Source of the DNA: an uncultured Eubacteriales bacterium
Lineage (GTDB): Bacteria; Bacillota; Clostridia; UBA1381; UMGS1253
Assembly: GCA_902492065.1 (NCBI GenBank)
Contig: CABUKE010000001.1
Span: 257,347-321,346 of the forward strand
Length of the DNA: 64,000 bases
Reading direction: 5' to 3'
Below are positions 36,709-45,900 of the stretch, one piece after another (the first letter of the stretch is position 1; each line of letters starts with the position of its first letter). Both the position numbers and the translations under genes were made by a program. A model generated the notes under the pieces. That model saw only the letters and a program-made list of their open reading frames with translations. It did not search any database and was not told the origin of the DNA.

Positions 36709-38847
36709 ATGATTACAGTCAAGGATGGAATGTTTCATTTGCAGGGGAAAAACATCAGTTATATTATGGAAATTTCAAAGGAAGGAAACCTGTATCACCG
36801 CTATTTCGGCAGAAAGGTTCATTATTTGCCCGCGCCTTATCAGCCTTGGACACCGGTCTGGGGCTGTTACGACGCAAAGACTGGGATTAGCCTGGAGGCC
36901 GCGCCGCAGGAGTACCCTTCCTACGGCGTGACAGATTTGAAAACGCCGGCCTATGTGGTCAAAAATCCGCAGGGCAACACGCTTTGTACACCCACGTACC
37001 GCTCTCATACCATCTATGAGGGGAAGAGGCCGCTGCCCGGACTCCCTGCTGTATATGACAATGCGCATACGGCACGCACGCTGGAGATCGTAATGGAGGA
37101 CTCTCTGGCGGGTGTTCGCCTTATCCACAGCTATTCGGTATTTAAAGAGTTCGACATCGTGTGCCGGAGCACGCGCATTGAAAATATGGGCGAGGGGACG
37201 CTTTTGTTACAGGCGGCTGGGTCGGCGTGCTTAGAGCTGCCGGATAGCGGCTATGAGGCCGTCTATCTGGCCGGGCGCTGGTCGCAGGAGCGGAGGCCAA
37301 TCAAGGTTCCAATCCAGCAGGGAAAGGTCGAGGTTTCCAATGCACGCGGCGGGAGCGGGCACCAGATCAATCCGTTTGTAATGCTCGCCAAACAAGGCGC
37401 GACGGAAACATCCGGCGAGGTCTACGGGTTTGCGCTCGTTTACAGCGGCGACCATGCGACGGTTGCAGAGGAGTCGCAGTATGGCACGACCCGCGTCATT
37501 ATGGGAATCAATCCGCAGGGGTTCGAGGCGGAAGTGCGCGATTCCTTCCAGACGCCGGAGTGCATTTTGGCCTATAGTCCGACCGGATTTGGATGTCTGT
37601 CGCGGACGTACCACGACGTATTCCGCAATAACCTTTGCCGCGGCAAGTGGAAGAACAAAAGACGGCCTATTGTCGTAAATAACTGGGAGGCGACAGTGTA
37701 TGACTTTGACGAAGAAAAGCTGCTCGCCATTGTGGAAAAGGCCGGCCAGACCGGAATTGAAATGTTTGTGCTCGACGATGGCTGGTTCGGAAAGCGAAAC
37801 GATGAGAACTGTTCGCTGGGTGACTGGGTTGTAAACAAGCAGAAGCTGCCGAGTGGTATCAAGGGCTTTGCCGAAAAGGTGAAGAGTCGTGGCATGGCGT
37901 TTGGGCTTTGGTTTGAGCCGGAGATGATCAGCCCGGACAGCGATTTGTACCGCGCGCACCCGGACTGGGCCATACACGCAGCAGGACGGGAGCCGGCGCA
38001 GTCGCGCTATCAGCTTGTGCTTGACCTGACGCGGCCGGAGGTCTGCGATTATGTGATTGAGAGCGTCAGCGCCGTACTGCGGGAGGCGGATATCTCCTAT
38101 GTAAAATGGGACATGAACCGGCATATCAGCGACATGCCGTATCCCGGCTATAACCATGCATATATTCTGGGCCTGTACCGCATTATGGAAACGCTGACGG
38201 AGCGCTTCCCGGATGTACTGTTTGAGAGCTGCAGCGGGGGAGGCGGCCGGTTCGACGCAGGGATGTTATATTACATGCCGCAGGTATGGACCAGCGACAA
38301 CACCGACGCGATCGACCGGTGCAGGATTCAGTACGGGACGTCGTTTGCTTATCCGCCCGCGGTGATGGCAGCACATGTGTCCTCGGCAGAGAGCAACCGG
38401 CACAAAGCATCGTTTAAGACGCGCGCGGACGTTGCATATGGCGCGGTGTTCGGCTATGAGCTCGATTTGACAAAGTTGACGGAGACAGAACTGGAAGAAA
38501 TCCGGGGGCAAATCGAATTTTATAAGCAGATTCAGCCGCTTGTCATGCAGGGCGACTTTTACCGCCTACGCAGCCCGTTTGAAGGGGATTTGTGTGCGTG
38601 GGAGATTGCCGCAAAGGATGGGAGCGAGGCGTTTGCCTGTGCGGTCGTTTCTTTGGCGGATTTGTATACAGCAAAGCCGGTTCTGCGGTTTGCCGGGCTG
38701 GATGCGGACGCAGTGTATCGGGATACGCAGACGGGCCGGCTTTACGGCGGCGACTTGTTGATGTACATGGGGCTGGAGGTGGAGCTTCCGCCGGAGGACG
38801 CTGCATCTGTGATTTATCATTTTGTAAAACAGGAGTCTAAAGAATGA
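36709..38847 (+). CDS. alpha-galactosidase (GH36)
   Basis: At 712 aa, it carries VNNWEATVYDFDEEKL, FVLDDGWFGKRNDE, YVKWDMNR and FESCSGGGGRFD, which are GH36 AgaA-type motifs. Confidence 0.9.
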   Translation: MITVKDGMFHLQGKNISYIMEISKEGNLYHRYFGRKVHYLPAPYQPWTPVWGCYDAKTGISLEAAPQEYPSYGVTDLKTPAYVVKNPQGNTLCTPTYRSHTIYEGKRPLPGLPAVYDNAHTARTLEIVMEDSLAGVRLIHSYSVFKEFDIVCRSTRIENMGEGTLLLQAAGSACLELPDSGYEAVYLAGRWSQERRPIKVPIQQGKVEVSNARGGSGHQINPFVMLAKQGATETSGEVYGFALVYSGDHATVAEESQYGTTRVIMGINPQGFEAEVRDSFQTPECILAYSPTGFGCLSRTYHDVFRNNLCRGKWKNKRRPIVVNNWEATVYDFDEEKLLAIVEKAGQTGIEMFVLDDGWFGKRNDENCSLGDWVVNKQKLPSGIKGFAEKVKSRGMAFGLWFEPEMISPDSDLYRAHPDWAIHAAGREPAQSRYQLVLDLTRPEVCDYVIESVSAVLREADISYVKWDMNRHISDMPYPGYNHAYILGLYRIMETLTERFPDVLFESCSGGGGRFDAGMLYYMPQVWTSDNTDAIDRCRIQYGTSFAYPPAVMAAHVSSAESNRHKASFKTRADVAYGAVFGYELDLTKLTETELEEIRGQIEFYKQIQPLVMQGDFYRLRSPFEGDLCAWEIAAKDGSEAFACAVVSLADLYTAKPVLRFAGLDADAVYRDTQTGRLYGGDLLMYMGLEVELPPEDAASVIYHFVKQESKE

Positions 38848-40775
38848 AGAAAGTAGTATCAATTTGTATTGCATTATTAACTTTTATAGGTACATGTCCG
38901 GCCTATGCCTATGAGCTGCCGAGCAGCTTCTGGCCGATCAACGACCAGTATGCGGCGGCGCTGGAAGCGGGCGACGACTGGCGCATCATTGATTTGGCTT
39001 CCCAGTCGCTTGCCATTATCCAAAATGAGCCGGATAACGAACAGACAACGTCCATCCGCGCAACGCGGCTCGAGCAGATGGCGCTTGCATATGCGCGCCA
39101 GCAGATGTATCCAGAAGCGGCGGATACATTCCGGACCTATATCCCCTATGCTGAGAAGATGGGCTGGGCAGATGCGGTAAAGATTGCACAGGCAAAAGTG
39201 CTGCAATATACGCCGGAGGTGTCAATGTATACGCCGACGCAGGAAACAGTACGCGACTATAACGCCCGGCTTGAGCCGGATAAGGGTGTGTACTACGGCG
39301 TTACGTCGGACAGTGAGATGCGCGACAGTCTGCCGCAGGCGTCTATGGCTTTGCTGTATTTGGAATTTGGCGACACGTATTTTGACTGGATTGAGCATGT
39401 GCTGTCTACTGCACAGGAGGAAGGGCGCGCCGTCGAGCTTGCATGGAATGTACCGGGCCAAGGCAGCCAAATTCCTGACATTGTCAACCAGACGGCCTAC
39501 ATTGAGCAGGTGCTTGCCATGCTCAATAAATATCCGGATGTTCCAATCTTTATCCGCTTTGGCGCAGAGGTGGATATCTGGGGCGACCGGGCCGATCCGA
39601 CGCAGTTTATCGAGGCGTTTCGCCATGTGGCAAATTTGGTCCATGAAAAAACGACCAACACTGCTATGGTATGGAGCGTTAATGCAGTATCCACGTGGGA
39701 TATCCATATGGAGGACTACTATCCCGGCGATGAATACGTCGACTGGGTTGGCGTGTCGCTGTATTTGAAAAAGTATTTTTTAGGCCGCAATGACTGGCCG
39801 GAGGCGGAAAAGTTTAACGAGGTTGTATTCCTGTGCGGCGACAACGCCGACCCGGTTAAGAGTCTTGACGAAGTGATACGCAAGTTTGGGGACAGAAAGC
39901 CAATCATGCTTGCCGAGTCCGGCGCCTCGCACTACAGCCGCTCGCTGGGGGAGGATACGTCCGCCTTTGCACTCAGTCACCTGCGCGAGCTTTACTATAA
40001 CGTGCCGATGGTATACCCGCAGGTGAAGCTGATTGCTTATTTTGATAAGGTGATTGAGTCTGAAACAGAGGAGTATGCGCTCTCCACATCGCCACTGTTG
40101 GCACAGGAGTATAAAAGTCTGGTACAGCTTCCGCACTTTATCCAAAAGGACGGCGGAAGCCCGGTTGCCTACAAAAAGCTGGCAGACAGCGTTTCTCTGG
40201 ATAATTCGACTATGACGGTCCAATCCTATGTACACCTTTACCGTACCGACGAGGCGCGAGTCGACTACTATATCGACGGCGTATGGGCCGGGCGTTCGGA
40301 GCAGATGCCCTATACGTGTACGCTGGATTTCAGCTCTTTTGGCCCCGGCACGCATGCGGTTACGGCTGTGGCGGAATATAACGGTGGAACGAAACAGGCG
40401 GCCGGTTCGGGCACGGTAACAGTACAGCCGGCAATAACTCTGTATGTCAACGGACAGCAGCAGGAAACCGACACGGCCCCCATGCTCGTAAACGAACGTA
40501 CCTTTGTGCCGATTCGTGTTGTGTCGGAAGCACTGGGCGCACAGGTTGGCTGGGATGAAGCCACGCAGACCGTTACGCTGACACGGAGCGGAGATACAAT
40601 CTCTTTGCAGATTGGGAGCAATGTCCTTACAAAAAATGGCGCAGAGACGCCGCTTGACGCAATGCCCTTTTTGGAAGGGGACCGGACAATGGTGCCTGTC
40701 AGGGCGATTTCGGAGGCATTTTCCGCCGCTGTGGAGTGGAATGCAGAAACAAGAAGTGTCTGGATTGCGCTTTAA
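38844..40775 (+). CDS. secreted GH26-like (clan GH-A) glycosidase with a C-terminal copper-amine-oxidase-N-like wall-associated domain
   Basis: The signal peptide is MKKVVSICIALLTFIGTCPAYA. The core has IFIRFGAEVDIWG (acid/base-like E), PGDEYVDWVGVSLY and KPIMLAESGASH (nucleophile-like E). The C-terminus has NERTFVPIRVVSEALGAQVGWD...GDRTMVPVRAISEAFSAAVEWN. An ATGA overlap joins it to the GH36 gene. Confidence 0.6.
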   Translation: MKKVVSICIALLTFIGTCPAYAYELPSSFWPINDQYAAALEAGDDWRIIDLASQSLAIIQNEPDNEQTTSIRATRLEQMALAYARQQMYPEAADTFRTYIPYAEKMGWADAVKIAQAKVLQYTPEVSMYTPTQETVRDYNARLEPDKGVYYGVTSDSEMRDSLPQASMALLYLEFGDTYFDWIEHVLSTAQEEGRAVELAWNVPGQGSQIPDIVNQTAYIEQVLAMLNKYPDVPIFIRFGAEVDIWGDRADPTQFIEAFRHVANLVHEKTTNTAMVWSVNAVSTWDIHMEDYYPGDEYVDWVGVSLYLKKYFLGRNDWPEAEKFNEVVFLCGDNADPVKSLDEVIRKFGDRKPIMLAESGASHYSRSLGEDTSAFALSHLRELYYNVPMVYPQVKLIAYFDKVIESETEEYALSTSPLLAQEYKSLVQLPHFIQKDGGSPVAYKKLADSVSLDNSTMTVQSYVHLYRTDEARVDYYIDGVWAGRSEQMPYTCTLDFSSFGPGTHAVTAVAEYNGGTKQAAGSGTVTVQPAITLYVNGQQQETDTAPMLVNERTFVPIRVVSEALGAQVGWDEATQTVTLTRSGDTISLQIGSNVLTKNGAETPLDAMPFLEGDRTMVPVRAISEAFSAAVEWNAETRSVWIAL

Positions 40776-40792
40776 ACTTTAGATAAAGAGAT

Positions 40793-40818
40793 AAGGCCCA
40801 GTATGGGGCCTTTTTTCT
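40793..40818 (+). terminator. intrinsic terminator after the GH26-like gene
   Basis: AAGGCCC-AGTAT-GGGGCCTT followed by TTTTCTTT. Confidence 0.7.
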
Positions 40819-40829
40819 TTACAAAGTTA

Positions 40830-40858
40830 TCATATCTGGTTTTTACAGCGCATATAGT
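40830..40858 (+). promoter_or_regulatory. candidate sigma-E-type sporulation promoter for cwlJ-gerQ
   Basis: TCATATC (40830-40836), a 14-nt spacer, then CATATAGT (40851-40858). This compares with the Bacillus sigma-E consensus as I recall it, about TCATATT-N14-CATACA-T. Confidence 0.35.
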
Positions 40859-40891
40859 AAAAATACACCAGAACTACAGAAGGGGGCTTAG

Positions 40892-41332
40892 GTGGTGGCG
40901 TTTTCCGAATTGGAGCTTTTGGCAAGAACGATCAAATGCGAGGCCGGCGGCGAGGGTGAAAATGGGATGAAGGGCGTTGCCAGTGTAATCATGAACCGGG
41001 TGCATATTACCTACGGCGAATACGGGCGGCTTCAGAAAAATATCCGCTCTATCCTCTTTCAGCCTTTGCAGTTTGACTGTGTGCGGGATACGCTGCGGGG
41101 ACAGTATAATCCACAGAATATTTACAATATGCGGCCAGAACAGGTTCACTATGACATCGCAAACTGGGCAATTGCCGGAAACCGGCTTACCAACCTCGGT
41201 TTCGCGCTCTGGTACTTTAATCCGTTCCAGCCATCCTGCCGGCAGAATTTTCCTTCCGAGGTGGGACGGTTTGTTATCCGGATTGGAGACCATTGTTTCT
41301 ATAATCCGACCGAGGCATACGCAAATACATAA
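40892..41332 (+). CDS. spore cortex-lytic cell wall hydrolase (CwlJ/SleB catalytic domain)
   Basis: ELELLARTIKCEAGGEGENGMKGVASVIMNRV...ILFQPLQFDCV...ALWYFNP is a Hydrolase_2 family pattern. The start is GTG, with an AAGGGGG RBS. Confidence 0.8.
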   Translation: MVAFSELELLARTIKCEAGGEGENGMKGVASVIMNRVHITYGEYGRLQKNIRSILFQPLQFDCVRDTLRGQYNPQNIYNMRPEQVHYDIANWAIAGNRLTNLGFALWYFNPFQPSCRQNFPSEVGRFVIRIGDHCFYNPTEAYANT

Positions 41333-41348
41333 TTTTAGGAGGTAGATT

Positions 41349-41861
41349 ATGGACAGCGAGAACTTCACGAACAGCGGGTTTATTCCACAAAATGAGAACC
41401 AGGCTGGCGGAAACAACAATATGGGAAATGCATCTTCCGCACCGACGAGTAATTACATGCGGACGGCAGACGGCGGAAGCAGAATGTTTGGATTTACGTC
41501 CCCGCCGCAGGAAAACTTTAATACCGAGGAAATGCGCGGCTCTATGCAGAACATCCTTTCTCAGAATGTTGGAGAATATGTTGTTGCAGAGTTTCTGATT
41601 GGAACTACGCTTATCATGCGAAAGCAGGGGATTCTGTACGACGTCGGGACGAGTTTTGTTACACTTTTCGACGACCGGGAACGTAATTTCATTGTTTGTG
41701 ATATATTCTCCATTAAGTTTGTATACTTCTATTATCCGGGAGACCGGCCCAACAATGTAAATTTTAATATCTTTTCCAATGAAGGGGCGATCCTCGGAAA
41801 CGGAGCCGCCGGCAGTGCCAGCGACACCGGGAATACCAGGGGAAGAGGAATGCGCAGATAG
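41349..41861 (+). CDS. GerQ-like spore coat protein
   Basis: The N-terminus is low-complexity and N/Q/G-rich. The C-domain QNILSQNVGEYVVAEFLIGTTLIMRKQGILYDVGTSFVTLFDDRERNFIVCDIFSIKFVYF resembles B. subtilis GerQ. It sits immediately after a cwlJ-like gene, and GerQ is needed for CwlJ deposition in Bacillus. Confidence 0.62.
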   Translation: MDSENFTNSGFIPQNENQAGGNNNMGNASSAPTSNYMRTADGGSRMFGFTSPPQENFNTEEMRGSMQNILSQNVGEYVVAEFLIGTTLIMRKQGILYDVGTSFVTLFDDRERNFIVCDIFSIKFVYFYYPGDRPNNVNFNIFSNEGAILGNGAAGSASDTGNTRGRGMRR

Positions 41862-41864
41862 AAT

Positions 41865-41900
41865 AAAAAAGGAAATGTGCATTTGCACATTTCCTTTTTT
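41865..41900. terminator. bidirectional terminator (gerQ-like gene / convergent 159-aa gene)
   Basis: A perfect 17-bp stem: AAAAAAGGAAATGTGCA-TT-TGCACATTTCCTTTTTT. Confidence 0.85.
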
Positions 41901-42378
41901 ATATGTCCTCCAAGTCTGCGTCCAGTTCTGGTGAGGCTGATCCACTTCGAGCGGGAGCTTCGTTTGCATCCAGCAAAAGCCCGAACCGGATCAGAGTGAC
42001 CAATATGACAAGAAGTCCCATCAACACCTCGGTATCTGCCGCAAAGGTATCGCCGCCTGCCGCCTCTGTCTGTACTGCGATACCCTGCGCCTGTTTAGAA
42101 AATCCGATCAGGGCATAGAAAGTTAGGATAGACGCGACAACTTGCATGACAAAGGGGTCTGGGTATTCACCCGCGTCAAAATCCCCGGGAGAAAAAGCCT
42201 CCGCAAGCAGCAAGCCGCGCTGGGTTTGCAGCGTTTGGAAACGAAGTATGATTCCCACCAGAATAAATAGCAGATTATACTCCGCTTTATCAAGCAGCGC
42301 AAGCTGGGTGCGGATTTCCTCCGGAAGCTGGTCAAAATAATACGAGTCAAGTTGATTTTTACTTTTGATTCTATTCAC
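41899..42378 (-). CDS. hypothetical membrane protein
   Basis: The 159-aa ORF has about 3 hydrophobic helices and an acidic tail. It uses a GTG start crowded against a GGGGAGG sequence, so the start is uncertain. I recognise no family. Confidence 0.45.
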   Translation of the reverse strand: MNRIKSKNQLDSYYFDQLPEEIRTQLALLDKAEYNLLFILVGIILRFQTLQTQRGLLLAEAFSPGDFDAGEYPDPFVMQVVASILTFYALIGFSKQAQGIAVQTEAAGGDTFAADTEVLMGLLVILVTLIRFGLLLDANEAPARSGSASPELDADLEDI

Positions 42379-42515
42379 CTCCCCGGCATATCAAGTTTCT
42401 ATCATTTTATTATATGTTGTTTGTGGCTGTTTTGTTTCTGAGACGGCATAAGGCCATCTGTTTTTGAACTACAAATGCGGGCAAGTGAAAAAAGCAGGAA
42501 AAAGATGAAAAGCCC

Positions 42516-42544
42516 TTGAAAATTACAGATTTTTGTAGTAAAAT
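42516..42544 (+). promoter_or_regulatory. sigma-A type promoter upstream of the cobalamin riboswitch
   Basis: TTGAAA (42516-42521), a 17-nt spacer, then TAAAAT (42539-42544). Confidence 0.45.
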
Positions 42545-42599
42545 AACAATCTGAAAAATATATCATGAATTCGTACAATGTGTCGTATATTGCGTATGG

Positions 42600-42775
42600 C
42601 AATATATGGTGAAAAGGGAATCAGGTGAGAAACCTGAACGGTACTGCCGCTGTATGCGTCAAAGTTTTATGTTTGACGGTGAAAGCCGGTCACTGGGAAA
42701 CTGGGAAGGCAAAGCATAAAACGCAGAGTACGTAGCTCTATAAGGCGCAAGTCAGAAGACCTGCATTGATACTGC
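42600..42775 (+). promoter_or_regulatory. cobalamin (B12) riboswitch aptamer
   Basis: The conserved blocks occur in the canonical order. They are AAAAGGGAAUCAGGUGAGAAACCUGAACGGUACUGCCGCUGUA, then GGUCACUGGGAAACUGGGAAGGC, then the B12 box GCAAGUCAGAAGACCUGC. Confidence 0.9.
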
Positions 42776-42818
42776 ACCGTGTTTACCCGGCCCGGGTATA
42801 GGTGCGGTAGCTTTTTTG
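42771..42818 (+). terminator. riboswitch expression-platform terminator
   Basis: ACUGCACC-GUGUUU-ACCCGG-C-CCGGGU-AUA-GGUGCGGU followed by AGCUUUUUUG. Its 5' arm abuts the B12 box. Confidence 0.7.
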
Positions 42819-42850
42819 TGTTGCAAAAAAGTGCGAGGTCGCAGGAACAC

Positions 42851-42890
42851 AGCTGTGGCGTAAGATAAATCTTATGCCGCAGCTTTTTTG
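42851..42890 (+). terminator. second terminator-like hairpin in the same leader
   Basis: GCUGUGGCGUAAGA-UAAA-UCUUAUGCCGCAGC (two G-U pairs) followed by UUUUUUG. It lies 77 nt before the giant ORF's ATG. Confidence 0.6.
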
Positions 42891-42966
42891 TTGGCAATAT
42901 GGGAGGCCGAGGCATGTAAGCAAATTTATAAACAAAAATTAAACTGTAAAAGGAAGGGTGAAACAT

Positions 42967-45900
42967 ATGCGTACAAATAAAACAAATCGTTTCTTTGCTT
43001 TGCTACTGACCGCCATGATGGTATTTAGCCTGCTTCCTGCCAATGCAGGCGCGGCCGTTCCTGACGATGTAGGACAATCGGAAAACGCGGGGCCGCAGGT
43101 TCAGGAGCCTGTGAATCAGGATGGAGTGTATCAAATATCCTCCGGCAGCGAGCTTGCGTGGATAGCGCAGGAGGTCAACGCGGGAAGGGCGGCGGATTGT
43201 AGCGCTGTGCTTACCGCGGACATCGACCTGGGCGGACAAAGCTGGATTCCAATTGGAAAAGGAAGCAGCTATGCCTGGAGGGGAAGCTTTGATGGACAAG
43301 GCCACACCATATCCGGACTGTATGTCGATTCAACAAACTATGACCAGGGGCTTTTCGGCTACATAAACGGAGGAACGGTTCAAAATATTACTGTAAAAGG
43401 GCAAGTGACGGGCGGCGGCAGCGGCAACAGCGGCGGCGTCGGCGGCATTGCCGGAACGCTGAACAGTTCATACAGCAGTGAAAGCGCTATCAGAAACTGT
43501 ATCAGTTATGTCACTGTGTCCGGCGGAAATAACGTCGGCGGCATTGTGGGACTGGTGACAGGCTCTTACGGCAAGACGATTGCATGCTGTGCAAACTATG
43601 GGACAGTTTCCGGCAATAACAGTGTCGGCGGTCTGGTTGGTAATTTTTATTACAAAGGCCAATTAACGGACAGCTATAACCGCGGCGACATTACGGCAAA
43701 CGTGAGCAAAGCGGGCGGCCTTGTCGGCTACATGAGCGACAGCGGCGCTTCCGTTTTCAACTGTTATACGACAGGGACTGTGCTCGGGACTAATTCTGCG
43801 CCTGCAATTGGACAGATGGAGCGCGGGACGGCAGAAAATGTATATTATCTTGACACCCTGGGCAGCGACGCCAACGCTGTTCCAAAACAGGAAGCGGAAA
43901 TGAAGGGTGCGGCATTCCCGGGCCTTTTGGGGGAAGCATTCTCACAGGATATGGCCATACCGATAAACGACGGTTATCCGATTTTTGCTTTTCAGGATAC
44001 TACGCCGAAGTATGATGTTACCGTTACGGTTTCTCCGGCGGATGCAAACTTTGCATTGTCCGATGATACCGGAGCGGCAATTGCTGGGGAAAAAGAAGAA
44101 CTTGAGCAGTCCGCCGTTTGGCGTTTCAGCCTGCGGGACGGGAGCTACCACTATACTGCATCTGCTTTTGGAAAGGTTGAGCAGAGTGGCGAGTTGACGG
44201 TGAGCGGACAGGCTGTTACCCAGGAGATCGCACTATTGGACGCTCCGGCAAAGGAAATAACATTTGACATCACCTTTGAAGACGGCAATCCCGATGGGGT
44301 AACGCCATCCATTATAGTGACGTACGACAAAGACGGCAGGGAAATTGCTGCGGCAGACGGGGTCTATACCCTGCCCTACGGCGATTATCATTATACGGTA
44401 AAGGCCAAAGGGTACAGCAAGATGGCGGGGGCATTTGCGGTTACTGCTGACAGTACTGCTATATCCGTATTGTTAACGCCGTCTGCCGCATGGGACGGCG
44501 AAAGCATGGAGCCGGTCGCGCCGAATGCGGAAGGTATTTATGAGATTGGCTCGGGTGAGGAGCTTGCCTGGTTTGCAGCGCAGGTAAACAGCGGGACAGG
44601 AAAAGAGTACCGCGTCCTGCTCACAGATGATATTGATTTGGGGGAAAACCCGTGGACGCCCATTGGAACGGGCCTTACCTATAATGTTGATTTCTTTAGC
44701 GGGAGCTTTGACGGAGCGGGCCATACGATTACCGGATTAAATGTTTCCGGCGCGGAATACGCCGGGTTGTTCGGCTATATCAAGGGGGCTTCACTTTCTC
44801 CGGCAGAGGTCAAAAACATTGTCGTACAGGGCAGCGTAAATGGAACCGAAAATGCAGGCGGCATTACAGGCCGCGCTGATAACGCGGTAATTGAAAACTG
44901 TGGCAATGAGGCTGCTGTGTCGGGCAAGGAAGCAGGCGGAATCGTCGGACGGCAGCATAGCTACGGTTCTCCCATTACCATAACAGGCTGCTACAACATT
45001 GGTGCTATAACGGCACAGTCCCGGGCCGGCGGTATTCTGGGCTATGTCAATGACACAGCAGAAATCAGCAATTGCTATAATACGGGCGCGATTGAAAGCA
45101 GCGATTATGCCGGCGGCCTCCGGGGGATGGGCGGCTCGTTTGCGGGCGACATTACAAACTGTTATAATGCTGCCGCTGTCAGTGGCAAGACTGCCGGCGC
45201 CCTTGTTGCAGGCAGCGGAAGCCTTGAAAACTGCTACTACTTAAGCGGCGGTGCGAGTGATACAAACGGCAGTACGGAAGTGTCCGCAGATGAGCTGAAA
45301 AACCTGGCGCAGCGGCTTAACGCAGGGGCTGTTCCCGCTTTGTGGGTAAGCGGCGGTACGCAAAACAACGGCTATCCTATCTTGGAGTGGCAAAAGGAAG
45401 AAGCTGGCGAAACAGGCATCCCGCTGAACAAAGTGACAAATGCTGTTTGGCAAACGGATTTGGAAACCGGCCTGCTCACCGGCGTGGCTACATGGGATGC
45501 TGTGCCAAATGCGGAAAGCTATACGGTTATCCTTTGGGATTACTGGGCGGAAGAAACCGAATACGGGTCAGTAAGTGGTATGTCGGCGCGTAAAACGGTT
45601 ACTGGTGTTACAGAAACCCAATACGACTTTACACAGGATATTGAAGAGAATGGGGCAAGCTGGTATTACTTTACTGTGACGCCCATTGCGGAGGAAAACA
45701 GTGGGTACATCAGCGGTGAGCTACCCATATGGGATGAAGAAACACAGGAGGGCAACCTCTACGATTATTTGGACTATTCCAATGACGATATTTGTTACCG
45801 CTACTATGAGCAACTCGACCAGCCGACCGGACTCAGTTGGTCAGGTCCGTTTGCCCGGTGGGAGTTTGTGGACGGCGCGGCAGGTTATCTTGTCACGATC

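Noticed and set aside
37231-38157. A 308-aa minus-strand ORF inside the GH36 gene.
   Set aside because: It is antisense to a complete alpha-galactosidase and has no motifs.
42958-42966. The GTG at 42958 as the start of giant gene 1 (track start).
   Set aside because: The SD AGGAAGGG (42951-42958) overlaps this codon. The ATG at 42967 has ideal 8-nt spacing. The difference is only 3 codons.
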